Source: an uncultured Clostridia bacterium (GTDB lineage: Bacteria; Bacillota; Clostridia; TANB77; CAG-508). From it: a stretch of DNA of 64,000 nt. The translations under genes were made by a program, and so were the position numbers. Below the pieces are notes generated by a model, which was not told the origin of the DNA, searched no databases, and saw only the letters and a program-made list of their open reading frames with translations. Position 1 is the first letter of the stretch, and every line of letters starts with the position of its first letter. The DNA lies in assembly GCA_949045875.1 (NCBI GenBank), contig CARPYP010000002.1:36063-100062 (forward strand), given 5' to 3'. Below are positions 53,320-63,863 of this stretch, in pieces.

Positions 53320-55080
53320 TTATATATTGTTACTTATATCTTCTACAATTTGTTTTGGAGTAAGTCTATTTTCTCTTAAAATGTCATTTACATCATATCT
53401 ATCTATAAACTCTTTCTTCAATCCGTAATTTTTAACTTTCATATCTGATTCTCCATAATAACTTGCTATACTTGAACCAAAACCACCATCTAAAATTCCA
53501 TCTTCTAATGTAATTACTAATTTATGATTTTTCTTTAAATCTTCTAATAATTCTTTATCTAATCCTGTTACATATCTTGGATTAATTAATGTTGGATTAA
53601 ATCCTAATTTTTCTTTTACTTCTTTTGAAACTTCCTCTCCAATTTGATAGAAATCTCCTAATGCTAAAATTGCGACTTTTTCACCTTGTTCTTCCACTTT
53701 ATATTTATTGATATTACTATAATCCTTCTCTGATGTCCTTCCATCATTTATTACTCCATTTCCTGGCATTAATATCATTACTGGATGCTCTTTTTGTTCA
53801 ATAGACCAATCAAGCATTGACATATATTCAGCTTTATTTGTTGGTGCAAGTATTACTAAATTAGGAATATGTGAAAATGCTGAAATAGTAAATATTCCTA
53901 AATGTGTTACATCATTTAGTCCTGCAACTGATGTGTAATTTAAAACGATTGTTGCTGCATTATTATTTATACATAAGTCTTGCGATATTTGGTCATAAGT
54001 TCTTTGTATAAATGTTGAGTTTGTTCCAAGTATTGGCTTACCACCATTTTTAGCAATTCCTGAAATCAATGCAACTGCTTGTTCTTCTGCAATTCCTACA
54101 TCTACAAACTGTTTTCCTGCTTGTTTTCTTCTTTCAATATCAAATCCTATTGTTTCAGGCATAGCTGGTGTTACTGCTACTATTGTTTTATCTTTCTTCA
54201 TTTTTTCTAATAAATAATCTGCTGTTAAAGTAGCATAATCTTCGGCATCTCCAAAATCAACTGTTGTTTTACCTGTTTCTTCATCAAAAGGCATACACCA
54301 ATGCCAATCTTCTTTATTTTCTTCTGCAAGTTTATATCCTTTACCTTTTTGAGTATTAATATGAACTACTATTGGATGATCTATGTTTTTTACTTTTTCA
54401 AAAGTTTCTATCATTTTCTCAATATTATTTCCTTCATTTTGATAAATATAATCTAATCCGAAAGCTTTAAATAAATTGTTTTCTGCCATTCCGTTCGTAT
54501 TTCTTAATTCTTCTAAATTTTTATAGATTCCACCATGATTTTCTGCAATAGATTGTTGATTATCATTTACAACTACTATAAAATTTGAATTTAGTTCTGA
54601 TCCGACATAATCTAAACCTTCAAAAGCCTCTCCACCACTTAAAGAACCATCTCCAATAACTGCTATAATATTTTCATTATTTCCTTTTAAATCTCTTGCT
54701 TTTGCTAAACCTGATGCTAAACTAATTGATGTAGATGTGTGTCCTACATTAAAGAAGTCATGCTCACTTTCTTCTGGATTTGTATATCCTGAAATTTCTC
54801 TAAAATGTTCTTCATATAGGTATCCATCTTTTCTTCCTGTTAGCATTTTGTGTGGATATGTTTGATGTGATACATCAAATACAAATTTATCTTTTGGAGA
54901 TTCAAATACATAGTGCATTGCTATAATTGTTTCTACCATACCAAAATTTGGTCCAAAATGTCCTCCCATTTTAGTTAGTCTATTCATCAATGCTTTTCTT
55001 ATTTCTTCTGCTAATTTTTCTAATTCTTCCATATTTAATTTCTTTACATCTTTTGGACTGTTAATCTTTTCTAAATACAT
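53320..55080 (-). CDS. dxs: 1-deoxy-D-xylulose-5-phosphate synthase-like (transketolase family)
   Basis: GGHFGPNFGMVE...HYVF..P.DK...DV.HQ.YPHKMLTGR matches the Dxs N-terminal signature. Confidence 0.7.
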   Translation of the reverse strand: MYLEKINSPKDVKKLNMEELEKLAEEIRKALMNRLTKMGGHFGPNFGMVETIIAMHYVFESPKDKFVFDVSHQTYPHKMLTGRKDGYLYEEHFREISGYTNPEESEHDFFNVGHTSTSISLASGLAKARDLKGNNENIIAVIGDGSLSGGEAFEGLDYVGSELNSNFIVVVNDNQQSIAENHGGIYKNLEELRNTNGMAENNLFKAFGLDYIYQNEGNNIEKMIETFEKVKNIDHPIVVHINTQKGKGYKLAEENKEDWHWCMPFDEETGKTTVDFGDAEDYATLTADYLLEKMKKDKTIVAVTPAMPETIGFDIERRKQAGKQFVDVGIAEEQAVALISGIAKNGGKPILGTNSTFIQRTYDQISQDLCINNNAATIVLNYTSVAGLNDVTHLGIFTISAFSHIPNLVILAPTNKAEYMSMLDWSIEQKEHPVMILMPGNGVINDGRTSEKDYSNINKYKVEEQGEKVAILALGDFYQIGEEVSKEVKEKLGFNPTLINPRYVTGLDKELLEDLKKNHKLVITLEDGILDGGFGSSIASYYGESDMKVKNYGLKKEFIDRYDVNDILRENRLTPKQIVEDISNNI

Positions 55081-55510
55081 AAATTTACGTCCTTTCTATT
55101 CTTTTTTTTAATAATTAAATTTTACCAAATGTTTAGATATACTGTCAATAGTTTTAAAAATCTTGGGTTTCATTATTCCCGCTATACATTCTTTATTTAT
55201 CAATGTATGTCTCTTTTAACCCCTCTACTAGTTGCCATTTATCTAATAACTTTCTTTCTTCCTTTTCTTTTGACATTATTTTGTTTTCTATTTTCATTAT
55301 TATTGTTCGTATTGCTTCAAAACTTAGTGTTGCATTTGTTGTCTCTTTTATTACTCTTTCCGCTTTTCTATATGAATCTGTTATTGGTACTATAGATTTT
55401 TGCTTAGAGGCTTAGATAAAGTTGACCTTAAATGGGGACTTTTATGCTTTGCATTAAATATAAAAAGAATGGATAAAAGGATACAGAAAAATTAAAAATT
55501 ATATTATTTT

Positions 55511-55800
55511 CTTAATTGGAAGAAGTCCCTACTTTGGTAAGGACTTCGAATACGTCAATAGGAATTTTGGCAGGCATGCCATAATCCTGCAGCTCTCGGG
55601 TTTCCCCTGTTATTACCGAATCGGCGCGTGGTCGGCACAATATTTTACCACCACAAAATCCCTATCTATATTGGAAGAGCACTTGCCTAAACAAGTGCCT
55701 CTCATTAACATAGGTTTTACAGGTGTGCCCTTTCCTGTATTTCTTTTGACCTTATTTCTAAGGTGCATGGCAGAACAATCTCCACTTCAAATTCCTATGT
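55511..55800. ncRNA. GC-rich structured island in an AT-rich background. Candidate unidentified structured RNA; strand uncertain
   Basis: Local GC far above background. Several stable hairpins (GAAGTCC...GGACTTC, GGCATGCC palindrome, CACTTG..CAAGTG). No convincing ORF. Confidence 0.3.
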
Positions 55801-56100
55801 TCTTATTGTATCTTTATTATAACATTTTTATTCCTTCTTGTAAATTTTACTATATTTTTACTTTATATGCAATAAAATGACTATATTTCTCTAGCCATTA
55901 CAATATATCTATATGTACTACATTTTTCATGTTAGTATTATTTGTATATGTATATCTTGCATAAATGGGTTGGATAATTTACTGCTGGAAGAAAAAGTGA
56001 TGGCAAGAGTGTATTTGATAGATTTGAAGGACAGGAAGACTATAAGATTAATAATTATTTATTAGAAAATAAAACCGAGTTGCATTAAATTAAAGAAAAA

Positions 56101-56123
56101 AGAGAGGTTCTAAAATCTCTCTT
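56101..56123 (-). terminator. Terminator following tRNA-Leu
   Basis: AGAGAG-gttctaaaat-CTCTCT then a T-run on the minus strand. Confidence 0.6.
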
Positions 56124-56133
56124 TTCCTACTCT

Positions 56134-56216
56134 GGTGCGGATGAAGGGACTTGAACCCCCACTCCGAAGAACTGGTTCCTAAGACCAGCGCGTCTGCCAA
56201 TTTCGCCACATCCGCC
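56134..56216 (-). tRNA. tRNA-Leu (anticodon UAG), type II with long variable arm, encoded CCA
   Basis: Acceptor GCGGATG/CATCCGC. Anticodon loop CTTAGGA. T-loop GGTTCAAGTCC. 3-prime CCA. Confidence 0.9.
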
Positions 56217-56466
56217 TATATATTTAATTCTTATTTATAATAACATATTTTTTCATTCTTTGTCAATAGATTATTTTTATAAAACTAAAAAAATTTTTGA
56301 CACGTTTATTTTAATTCTTTATATACATTTATTGTAATTCTTAAAATTAACATTACAATTATATGTAATTTACAATATTTTACCTATTGGATGTTGTAAA
56401 ATATACAATGTTATGTTAAATTGTATATATTAATTTTTATAATATTAAACTAGGAGGATTAATTAA

Positions 56467-57352
56467 ATGTACGATTTAGAATATAAAATAATTGATAATA
56501 GATATTACAATATAAAACAAATTATAAAAGAAGAATTTAATATTTCAGATAGATTATTAAAACGTTTAAAAACTAATAATAAAATATTTTTAAATAATCA
56601 AATCATAAATCCTAATTTTACTAATCTTAATGTTGGTGATATAGTTTCTATTACTTTCAGTTTTGATGAAGAGTATGATAATATTCTTCCTGTTAAAATG
56701 GATTTAGATATAGCTTTTGAAGATGACTATTTATTAATTATAAATAAGTTGCCAAATACTCCTGTTCACCCTTCTTGTAACCACTTTTCTGATAGTTTAT
56801 CTAATGGAGTAAAATTCTATTTTGATTCTATTGGACTAAAACGTAAAATTAGAATTGTTAATAGATTAGACAAAGATACTTCTCGGTCTTGTAATCTTTG
56901 CAAAGAATGAATATATACAAGAATGTCTAATTCGTCAAATGAAAAATAACTATTTTAAAAAAGAATATATTGCTGTTTTAGATGGGATTTTATCAGAAAA
57001 ATCTGGAACAATATCTGCACCTATTGCTAGAAAAGATAATAGTATAATTGAAAGATGTGTTGATTTCAAAAATGGCGAAATTGCAATAACCCATTATGAT
57101 TTAATTAAAAACATTAATAATTCTTTGTCTTTAGTTCATTTTGTACTTGAGACTGGACGAACACATCAAATACGTGTACATTCTGCTTATATTGGTAATC
57201 CTATTGTTGGAGATACCCTTTATGGTAATTCATCTGAATTAATAGATAGACAAGCCCTTCATTCATATAAGATTACATTTATTCATCCTATTACTAGAGA
57301 AAATATGATATTAGAAGCGGATTTACCTAAGGATATGAAAGTATTCTTCTAG
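56467..57352 (+). pseudogene. RluA-family pseudouridine synthase split by a +1 frameshift at 56884-56886
   Basis: RLDKDTS motif then stop. Removing one C gives RLDKDTSGLVIFAKNEYIQECLIRQMKNNYFKKEY... joining ORF 56939-57352. Confidence 0.8.
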
Positions 57353-57977
57353 TATATCTTCTATACATGTTACAATTTTTGCTCCTTCTCTTATCATTTC
57401 ATTTGTTCCTTGAGAAGAATTATTATTTATATTTCCGTGGAACTGCAAAAATTTCTTTTCCTTGTTCTAAGGCATAATCTACAGTTATTAAAGTTCCACT
57501 TTTTTTTCTTGCTTCTATTACAATTACTCCATCACTTAATCCACTTATAATTCTATTTCTAAGTGGGAAATTAGCTCCTATTGGTTTTACATCTGGTGAA
57601 TATTCACTAATAACTGCTCCACCTGTTCTTATTATTTCTTTAAGCAATTCTATATTTTCTTTAGGATATATATTATTGAATCCACCTCCAAGTACAGCTA
57701 TTGTTTTTCCTCCTGCTACCATACACCCCATATGTGCAAAACTATCTATTCCTCTTGCCATTCCACTTATAATTTTTATTCCTTGTTTAGCTAACTTAAA
57801 GCTTATATCTTTTGCTACTTTTTTACCATATTCTGAGTATTGTCTACAACCTATTATTGCTAATCCAAAATCATCTAATATTTTTTCGTTTCCCAATACA
57901 TATAATTGTTTGGGCGGATTATCAATATTTTTTAATTTTTCTGGATAATCCTCATTTTTAATTTTTAATATTTTCAT
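57333..57977 (-). pseudogene. dprA: DNA processing protein DprA (Smf) with a +1 frameshift near 57435-57437. The ORF as given is truncated at 184 aa
   Basis: DprA Rossmann-like core (GMARGIDS, LGGG). The alternate frame restores ...FAVPGNINNNSSQGTNEMIREGAKIVTCIEDILEE. Confidence 0.75.
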
Positions 57978-58173
57978 TTTTATCTCCTTCTTTATTTTAA
58001 AAAATCAATTACTAGGCAAATTATAATCAATATTAATATTGTGTTTTTATTAGTCATACGAAAGATCTTCCCCCAAATATGATTATATATAAAATGTCAA
58101 AAAGAGAGCACCAATCAAATATGCTCCCTTAATTCATAAATTTATATTTTATCCCCCATAAAAATTTAATAGA

Positions 58174-59046
58174 CTATTTTGCTAATATAGTATATTCCTT
58201 ATTAGAATTTTCTAGTGCATTTTCAGCTGCTTTAACTACATTTTGCATTAACATTGCTATTGTCATAGGTCCTACTCCTCCTGGTACTGGTGTTATATAT
58301 GACGCAATTTCTTTTACACTTTCAAAGTCAACATCACCTATAATTCCATTTTCTGTTCTATTTATTCCAACATCTATAATAACTGCTCCTTCTTTTACCA
58401 TATCTTTTGTTAAAAATTTAGGTTTTCCTAATGCTATTACTATAATATCTGCATTTTTTGTAATTTCAGATAAATTTTGCGTTTTTGAATGACATATAGT
58501 AACTGTTGAATCTTTGTTCAACAAACATAATGACATTGGTTTTCCTACAATATTGCTTCTTCCTAATACAACTGCATTTTTACCTTCTAAACTAATATTA
58601 TATTTTTCAAACATTTTCATTATTCCAGCAGGTGTACAAGAAACAAATCCTTCTTGCTTTAGACACAATTTTCCTACATTTACAGGGTTAAAACCATCAA
58701 CATCTTTTTTAGGTGAAATTCTTTCAAAAGCCTCATCAATATTTAAATGTTTTGGCATTGGACTTTGTAACAAAATACCATGTATATCTTCTCTTTCATT
58801 AAGTGTATCAATTAATGAAAGTAATTGTTCCATTGTTGTACTACTATTTAATAAAAATTCTTCATATTTAATTCCTATTTCTAAACATGCTTTACTTTTA
58901 TTTTTTACATATATTTGAGATGGTTTATCTTCTCCTACTAGAATTACTGCTAAATTAGGTATTATCCCTTTGTCTTTTATTTCTTGTACTTCTGATTTTA
59001 AACCTTCTCTAATGTTTGCTGCAAGTGTTTTTCCATCTATTATCAT
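58174..59046 (-). CDS. folD: Bifunctional methylenetetrahydrofolate dehydrogenase/cyclohydrolase
   Basis: N-terminal IIDGK...AVILVG..P.S..YV..K and C-terminal PVPGGVGPMT. Confidence 0.9.
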   Translation of the reverse strand: MIIDGKTLAANIREGLKSEVQEIKDKGIIPNLAVILVGEDKPSQIYVKNKSKACLEIGIKYEEFLLNSSTTMEQLLSLIDTLNEREDIHGILLQSPMPKHLNIDEAFERISPKKDVDGFNPVNVGKLCLKQEGFVSCTPAGIMKMFEKYNISLEGKNAVVLGRSNIVGKPMSLCLLNKDSTVTICHSKTQNLSEITKNADIIVIALGKPKFLTKDMVKEGAVIIDVGINRTENGIIGDVDFESVKEIASYITPVPGGVGPMTIAMLMQNVVKAAENALENSNKEYTILAK

Positions 59047-59111
59047 TTTTAGTATCCTTTCTTGTTAATTATATAAATATATAACCAAATTGGAAAATAA
59101 TTGTTATTTGA

Positions 59112-59205
59112 CTAGGCAAACAAAATTGAAATCAATAAGGCGTACTTATGTACGTTGTTTGATTTCAATTGAAGTTTAACGACGTCAAAGGACAATTATT
59201 TTTCG
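59112..59205. repeat. Copy of the intergenic hairpin repeat family plus the TGCCTAG...TTTCCAAT motif
   Basis: Near identity to 6055-6135 over ATTGAAATCAA..AAGGCGTACTT..GTACGTTG..TTGATTTCAATTGAAGTTTAAC. Confidence 0.65.
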
Positions 59206-59208
59206 ATT

Positions 59209-59922
59209 TTATGTTTGTTTAGCATATACAATAATCCTCTTACCTGCTTCATTAGAACATGTAGAAAGGGTTATTTCTCTTGATCCATTAGTCTCACGCG
59301 TTGCATATGTCATATCAGAATCAGTAGTTTCATAACTATTATATACTTGATATTCTAACTTGGTACCAGATGTATCTTTTATGTATATTTTAGCACCTGT
59401 TGTTAATTTTCCAATATCTGAGAAAAATGTTCCGTTTTTATAATTATGTCCCCATAACACAAGATTTCCTGGTTTATTAACTGCATTTGCAGGATCTTGA
59501 GGATATACTGCAACTATAGCTATTTTTAAAGTTGCTGATGTGTTTTCTTCAAGTATTGGATATTCAACATCTATACTCGGAATAGATATTGTACCTATTA
59601 CCTTATATCCTTCATAATAGGTATCTTTATTTCCTGGTTGTTGATAAATAGAGTTTGAATTGTCATTCCCTAAATTATCTAATATATCTTGTAAAGAAGA
59701 ATTGTTTCCATCTGTTTCTGAAGAATTATTATTAGAATTATTTGTATCATCATTATCTGCATCATTTGTATTTTTATCAAATTGAGAAACTACATCTTCT
59801 GCTTTTTTCTTTGTTTTGTTACTAGTATATACTTTATATCCGAAAAAACCTAATATTGCAACAACTATAACTATTGCAAAAATTAACATTATTGATAAAA
59901 AATTTCCATATTTATTTTCCAT
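59209..59922 (-). CDS. Sortase family transpeptidase with N-terminal TM and low-complexity linker
   Basis: LVLWGHNY (His), TLSTC (Cys), conserved Arg near the C-terminus. Confidence 0.7.
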   Translation of the reverse strand: MENKYGNFLSIMLIFAIVIVVAILGFFGYKVYTSNKTKKKAEDVVSQFDKNTNDADNDDTNNSNNNSSETDGNNSSLQDILDNLGNDNSNSIYQQPGNKDTYYEGYKVIGTISIPSIDVEYPILEENTSATLKIAIVAVYPQDPANAVNKPGNLVLWGHNYKNGTFFSDIGKLTTGAKIYIKDTSGTKLEYQVYNSYETTDSDMTYATRETNGSREITLSTCSNEAGKRIIVYAKQT

Positions 59923-60040
59923 ACATGTTCCCTCCTATTCTAAATTACATTATTAAACTAATATATATATTATAACACATTTTTTAGATTTTTTCGACCC
60001 TTTAATACATTTTTTATCAAGCACAATATATTTTTATACT

Positions 60041-60790
60041 TTATTCTGCTCTTGCCCATACAACAGTTCTTGTACTAGCATCATTTGTACAAGTGCTTAA
60101 TGAAATTTCTATATAACCTCTGGTGTCTCTAGTTGCATAGTCAAAGTCATTTGCCCCAGCTGTATAATTATTATACACTTTATATTCTAATTTAACACCA
60201 TTAATATTAGTTATAAATATAGAATCTCCGTTTTGTAATGTGTGTAATTTGGAAAACATTCTACTATTTCTATAATTATGTCCAGCTATTACTGCATTTC
60301 CTGAAATGTTTAAAGTTTCTTCAACATTTGATGGATAAATTGCAGCTGTTCCAACTCTAAGTGTTGCTGTATTATCTACATTAAATATAGGATATTGGAT
60401 TTTAAGCTTTGGAATTGAAATTATTCCTATTACTTTGTACCCTTTATAAAAAGTTCCTAAACTATATGAAGAACCACTATTACCTGATGAGGCTGTTGGC
60501 TTTTTGTTAGTTGGTTTTGAGGTATTAGAATTATTGTTATTTCCTTGTGAAGGCTGTTCTGTATTGTCTGCTCCTTCTGTCAGATTTCCTTCTGAAATTT
60601 GTCCTTCCCCAATTTCTTCATAATTATTTTCGAATTGAGCCATTAATTCTTCTGCTGATTCATCTGCTGTGTAATTGTCATACAAACTATATATGGCATA
60701 TCCTACTAATATAATTAAAAATACAGTTAATATAATGATTAATGCTGTTAAAAACTTACTATACATCTTTAATTTATTATATTTTTTCAT
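60041..60790 (-). CDS. Sortase family transpeptidase (paralog)
   Basis: AVIAGHNY, SLSTCT motifs. Confidence 0.7.
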   Translation of the reverse strand: MKKYNKLKMYSKFLTALIIILTVFLIILVGYAIYSLYDNYTADESAEELMAQFENNYEEIGEGQISEGNLTEGADNTEQPSQGNNNNSNTSKPTNKKPTASSGNSGSSYSLGTFYKGYKVIGIISIPKLKIQYPIFNVDNTATLRVGTAAIYPSNVEETLNISGNAVIAGHNYRNSRMFSKLHTLQNGDSIFITNINGVKLEYKVYNNYTAGANDFDYATRDTRGYIEISLSTCTNDASTRTVVWARAE

Positions 60791-60850
60791 ATGATTTACC
60801 TTTCTTGTTTTATAATTATGTAAAAAAATCTTATGTGATTTTAAACTTCC

Positions 60851-61195
60851 TTAAATTATTCTCTCTCCTAATTTTTCTCCTGCTAATATATGAAAATGCA
60901 AATGCTTTACTGTCTGTCCTGCATTTTCTCCGCAGTTAGATATTACTCTAAATCCTGTTTTGTCTATTCCAATATCTTTAGCAATATTGTTTATAGCTGT
61001 AAATATTTTTCCAACTAGAGTTTCATCTTCGCTTTTTAAGTCTATTATTGCTTCAATATGTTTTTTTGGAATAACAAGTATATGTATTGGCATTTGAGGA
61101 TTTATATCTTTAAATGCTAATACCTCTTCATCTTCATAAACTATATCTGATGGTATCTCTCTATTTATTATTTTGCAAAATATACAATCGTCCAT
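60851..61195 (-). CDS. HIT family (histidine triad) protein
   Basis: CIFCKI and HLHFHIL motifs. Confidence 0.9.
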   Translation of the reverse strand: MDDCIFCKIINREIPSDIVYEDEEVLAFKDINPQMPIHILVIPKKHIEAIIDLKSEDETLVGKIFTAINNIAKDIGIDKTGFRVISNCGENAGQTVKHLHFHILAGEKLGERII

Positions 61196-61239
61196 GTTAT
61201 AGATCCTTCCTTTATTTATATTAAAATATAATATTTTAA

Positions 61240-61335
61240 AATTGGAAAAAAATTGTTATTTGGCTAGGCATTCAAGAAAGAATTACCAGAAACGTACTGT
61301 TGTACATTGAGGATTTTCTTTTGAAGAACTATTTA
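61240..61335. repeat. Copy of the intergenic hairpin repeat family plus the TGCCTAG motif
   Basis: AATTGTTATTTGGCTAGGCA...ACGTACTGTTGTACATTG similarity. Confidence 0.55.
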
Positions 61336-61404
61336 GCGAGTGAAATTTATTTCATAAATTTTTCAAACTTTGCTATTCTAGCTATACTAAATGTCAATCA
61401 TTTT

Positions 61405-63165
61405 TCAATTTATTAAAACGGCTTTAATTCTACGTATTCCCGCTGATGATGCTTCTTCTTTTTGTATTTTAAAATGCCCTAATACTTTTGTATTTTCTAC
61501 ATGTGGTCCCATACAAATTTCCTTTGATACATCACCTATTGTATAAACTGTTACAATATCTGGATATCTTTCTATAAACATTGCTTCTGCACCTGTAGCT
61601 ACTGCATCTTCTTTTTTCATTTCTGTATTTGTAACGGTTAAACCATCTTCTATCCATTCATTAATTAAGTCTTCTATTTTCCTCTTTTCTTCATCAGTTA
61701 ATTTATGATCACAAGGAAAATCAAATCTCATTCTTTCTGGAGTAATATTGCTACCAGCTTGATGTGTTTCTGGTCCCAAAACCACTTTTAATGCAGCGTT
61801 TAGTAGATGTGTTGCTGTATGATATTTCGTTTCCATTTCTCCGCTTCCACTTAATCCACCTTTAAATTTTTTATCAGAACCTAGTTTAGATTTTTCTTGA
61901 TGTTCTTTAAATAGTTTATCTATCTCTTTTAAATCTACTAAATATCCCTGTTCTTCTGCAATTTCTTTTGTAACTTCTGGTGGAAATCCATAGGTTTCAT
62001 AAAGATTAAATACTGTTGATGGTTCTAATATAGTTTTGTTTTCTTGTTTTGCTCTATTTAAAACTTTTTCTAATTCTCTTTGACCATGTTCAAGTGTTTT
62101 TACAAATTTATCTTTTTCATCTATTAAAACTTGTTTTATTTCTTCCTTTTTTAATACTAAATCAGGATACATTTCTCCAAGAGTATCTATATAAATATCT
62201 ACTAAACTAGATAACTCATTTAAGTTTATTTCAAGTTTATTTAAATGTCTTACCATTCTACGAATTAATCTTCTTAATATATAGCCTCTATCTATATTTG
62301 ACGGTCTTCCTCCATCTGAAATAACCATCATACTTGCACGTAAATGCTCTGTAACTATTCTTCTACTTTGAATATTCTCTTTATGTGGAGTTAATTCTAA
62401 TAACTTGTCCATTACTGGTACAAAAAGTTCTGTATCATAAGGAGTTTCTTTTCCTTGCAATAACATGTTTATTCTTTCAAGCCCTAAACCTGTGTCTACA
62501 TTTTTTTGTGATAATTTTTTATATGTACCATCTTCATTTTTATAAAATTCCATAAATACATTATTCCAAATTTCAACATATTTACCACAACCACAAGATG
62601 GGTTACATTCTGAAGAACATTTCGGCTTTCCTGTGTCATAAAACATTTCAGTATCTGGTCCGCATGGTCCTGTTTCACCTGCTATCCACCAGTTATCATC
62701 TTTCCCAAAGAAATATATTCTTTCTTCTGGTATTCCTACTTTTTTCCATACTTTTGCACTTTCTTCATCTCTCTCACAATCAGAGTCTCCTCCAAAACAT
62801 GTTACAGATAATTTTTCTACTGGAATACCCAATTCTTTTGTTAAAAATTCATAACTCATACTAATAGATTCTTCTTTAAAATAATCTCCTAATGACCAAT
62901 TTCCTAGCATTTCAAAATATGTTAAATGTCTATTATCTCCTACTTCATCAATATCAACAGTTCTTAGACATTTTTGATAATCTGTAAGACGTGTTCCATT
63001 AGGATGTTTTTGACCTAATAAATAAGGAACTAATGGTTGCATACCTGCTGTTGTAAATAAAACAGATGCATCATTTTCTGGAATTAATGGTGCACTTGGT
63101 ATAACAGTATGTCCCTTTGATTTAAAATAATTCAAGTATTTGTTTCTAATTTCAATTGCTTTCAT
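61405..63165 (-). CDS. alaS: Alanine--tRNA ligase, short form (586 aa, lacks the C-Ala domain)
   Basis: Class II AlaRS N-terminus (FTTAGMQP). Editing motifs HTATHLL and ...C.GPH. Ends after the editing core. Confidence 0.7.
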   Translation of the reverse strand: MKAIEIRNKYLNYFKSKGHTVIPSAPLIPENDASVLFTTAGMQPLVPYLLGQKHPNGTRLTDYQKCLRTVDIDEVGDNRHLTYFEMLGNWSLGDYFKEESISMSYEFLTKELGIPVEKLSVTCFGGDSDCERDEESAKVWKKVGIPEERIYFFGKDDNWWIAGETGPCGPDTEMFYDTGKPKCSSECNPSCGCGKYVEIWNNVFMEFYKNEDGTYKKLSQKNVDTGLGLERINMLLQGKETPYDTELFVPVMDKLLELTPHKENIQSRRIVTEHLRASMMVISDGGRPSNIDRGYILRRLIRRMVRHLNKLEINLNELSSLVDIYIDTLGEMYPDLVLKKEEIKQVLIDEKDKFVKTLEHGQRELEKVLNRAKQENKTILEPSTVFNLYETYGFPPEVTKEIAEEQGYLVDLKEIDKLFKEHQEKSKLGSDKKFKGGLSGSGEMETKYHTATHLLNAALKVVLGPETHQAGSNITPERMRFDFPCDHKLTDEEKRKIEDLINEWIEDGLTVTNTEMKKEDAVATGAEAMFIERYPDIVTVYTIGDVSKEICMGPHVENTKVLGHFKIQKEEASSAGIRRIKAVLIN

Positions 63166-63300
63166 AATCTACCCTCTTTTTATACATACTAATTTAATTA
63201 TATAATATAATTTAATAAATTTCAATTATATTATTATAAAAAGTCGTTTTTTTATAATAATATATTAAAAGCTTATGTACAAAAATGCGCATAAGCCTTA

Positions 63301-63863
63301 TTCTAATCTATATTTCCATTTGATTTCCCAAAAATCCTGCTGCTGATTGAACTAATTTATATTCTGTATCACCCATTTTAGTTTGAGCATCTTTAGACAT
63401 TAAAATTACACTTCCGATAACATCTCCTTGAGAAATTATAGGGTATACTACTTGAGAATTAAATTTTCTATCTTTATTATCATTTTGAGTTATTGGTATT
63501 GATATTTCATTATTCTCACTACTTGTATAAACTTCTTTATCCTCTAATAATTGTTCTAATTCAGATGATAAATTTTGCTCTAAAAATTCTTTTTTTGATC
63601 CCCCTGAAACAGCAATAACTGTATCCTTATCTGTAATACAAGCAATATGCCCAGTTGTCTTTGATAATGTCTCTGTATATCCAGAAGCAAACTCTGAAAG
63701 TTCTCCAATAGGAGAATATTTTTTTAATATTACTCCGCCTTCTCTATCTGTAAAAATTTCTAACGGATCTCCGCTCTTTTATATGAAGTACTCTTCTTAT
63801 TTCTTTTGGAATTACAATTCTCCCCAAATCATCTATTCTTCTTACTACTCCAGTTGCTTTCAT
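63301..63863 (-). pseudogene. spoVT: Stage V sporulation protein T (AbrB-N plus GAF) with a +1 frameshift at about 63771-63773
   Basis: MKATGVVRRIDDLGRIVIPKEIRR then a frame break. Removing one C restores EGDPLEIFTDREGGVILKKYSPIGEL. The hairpin at 63265-63295 serves as its terminator. Confidence 0.75.

Noticed and set aside
55081-55800. TPP riboswitch upstream of dxs, or RNase P / tmRNA / SRP RNA identity for the GC-rich island
   Set aside because: The invariant CUGAGA core of THI elements is absent. There is no GGAAAGUCC (RNase P), no tRNA-like 3-prime end (tmRNA), no GUCAGGUCCGGAAGG (SRP). The distance to dxs (over 450 nt) is too long for a leader.
63166-63300. T-box leader for alaS
   Set aside because: The spacer is only about 135 bp and is occupied by the spoVT terminator hairpin (GGCTTATG...CATAAGCTT). 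No AGGGUGGNACCGCG T-box sequence is present.
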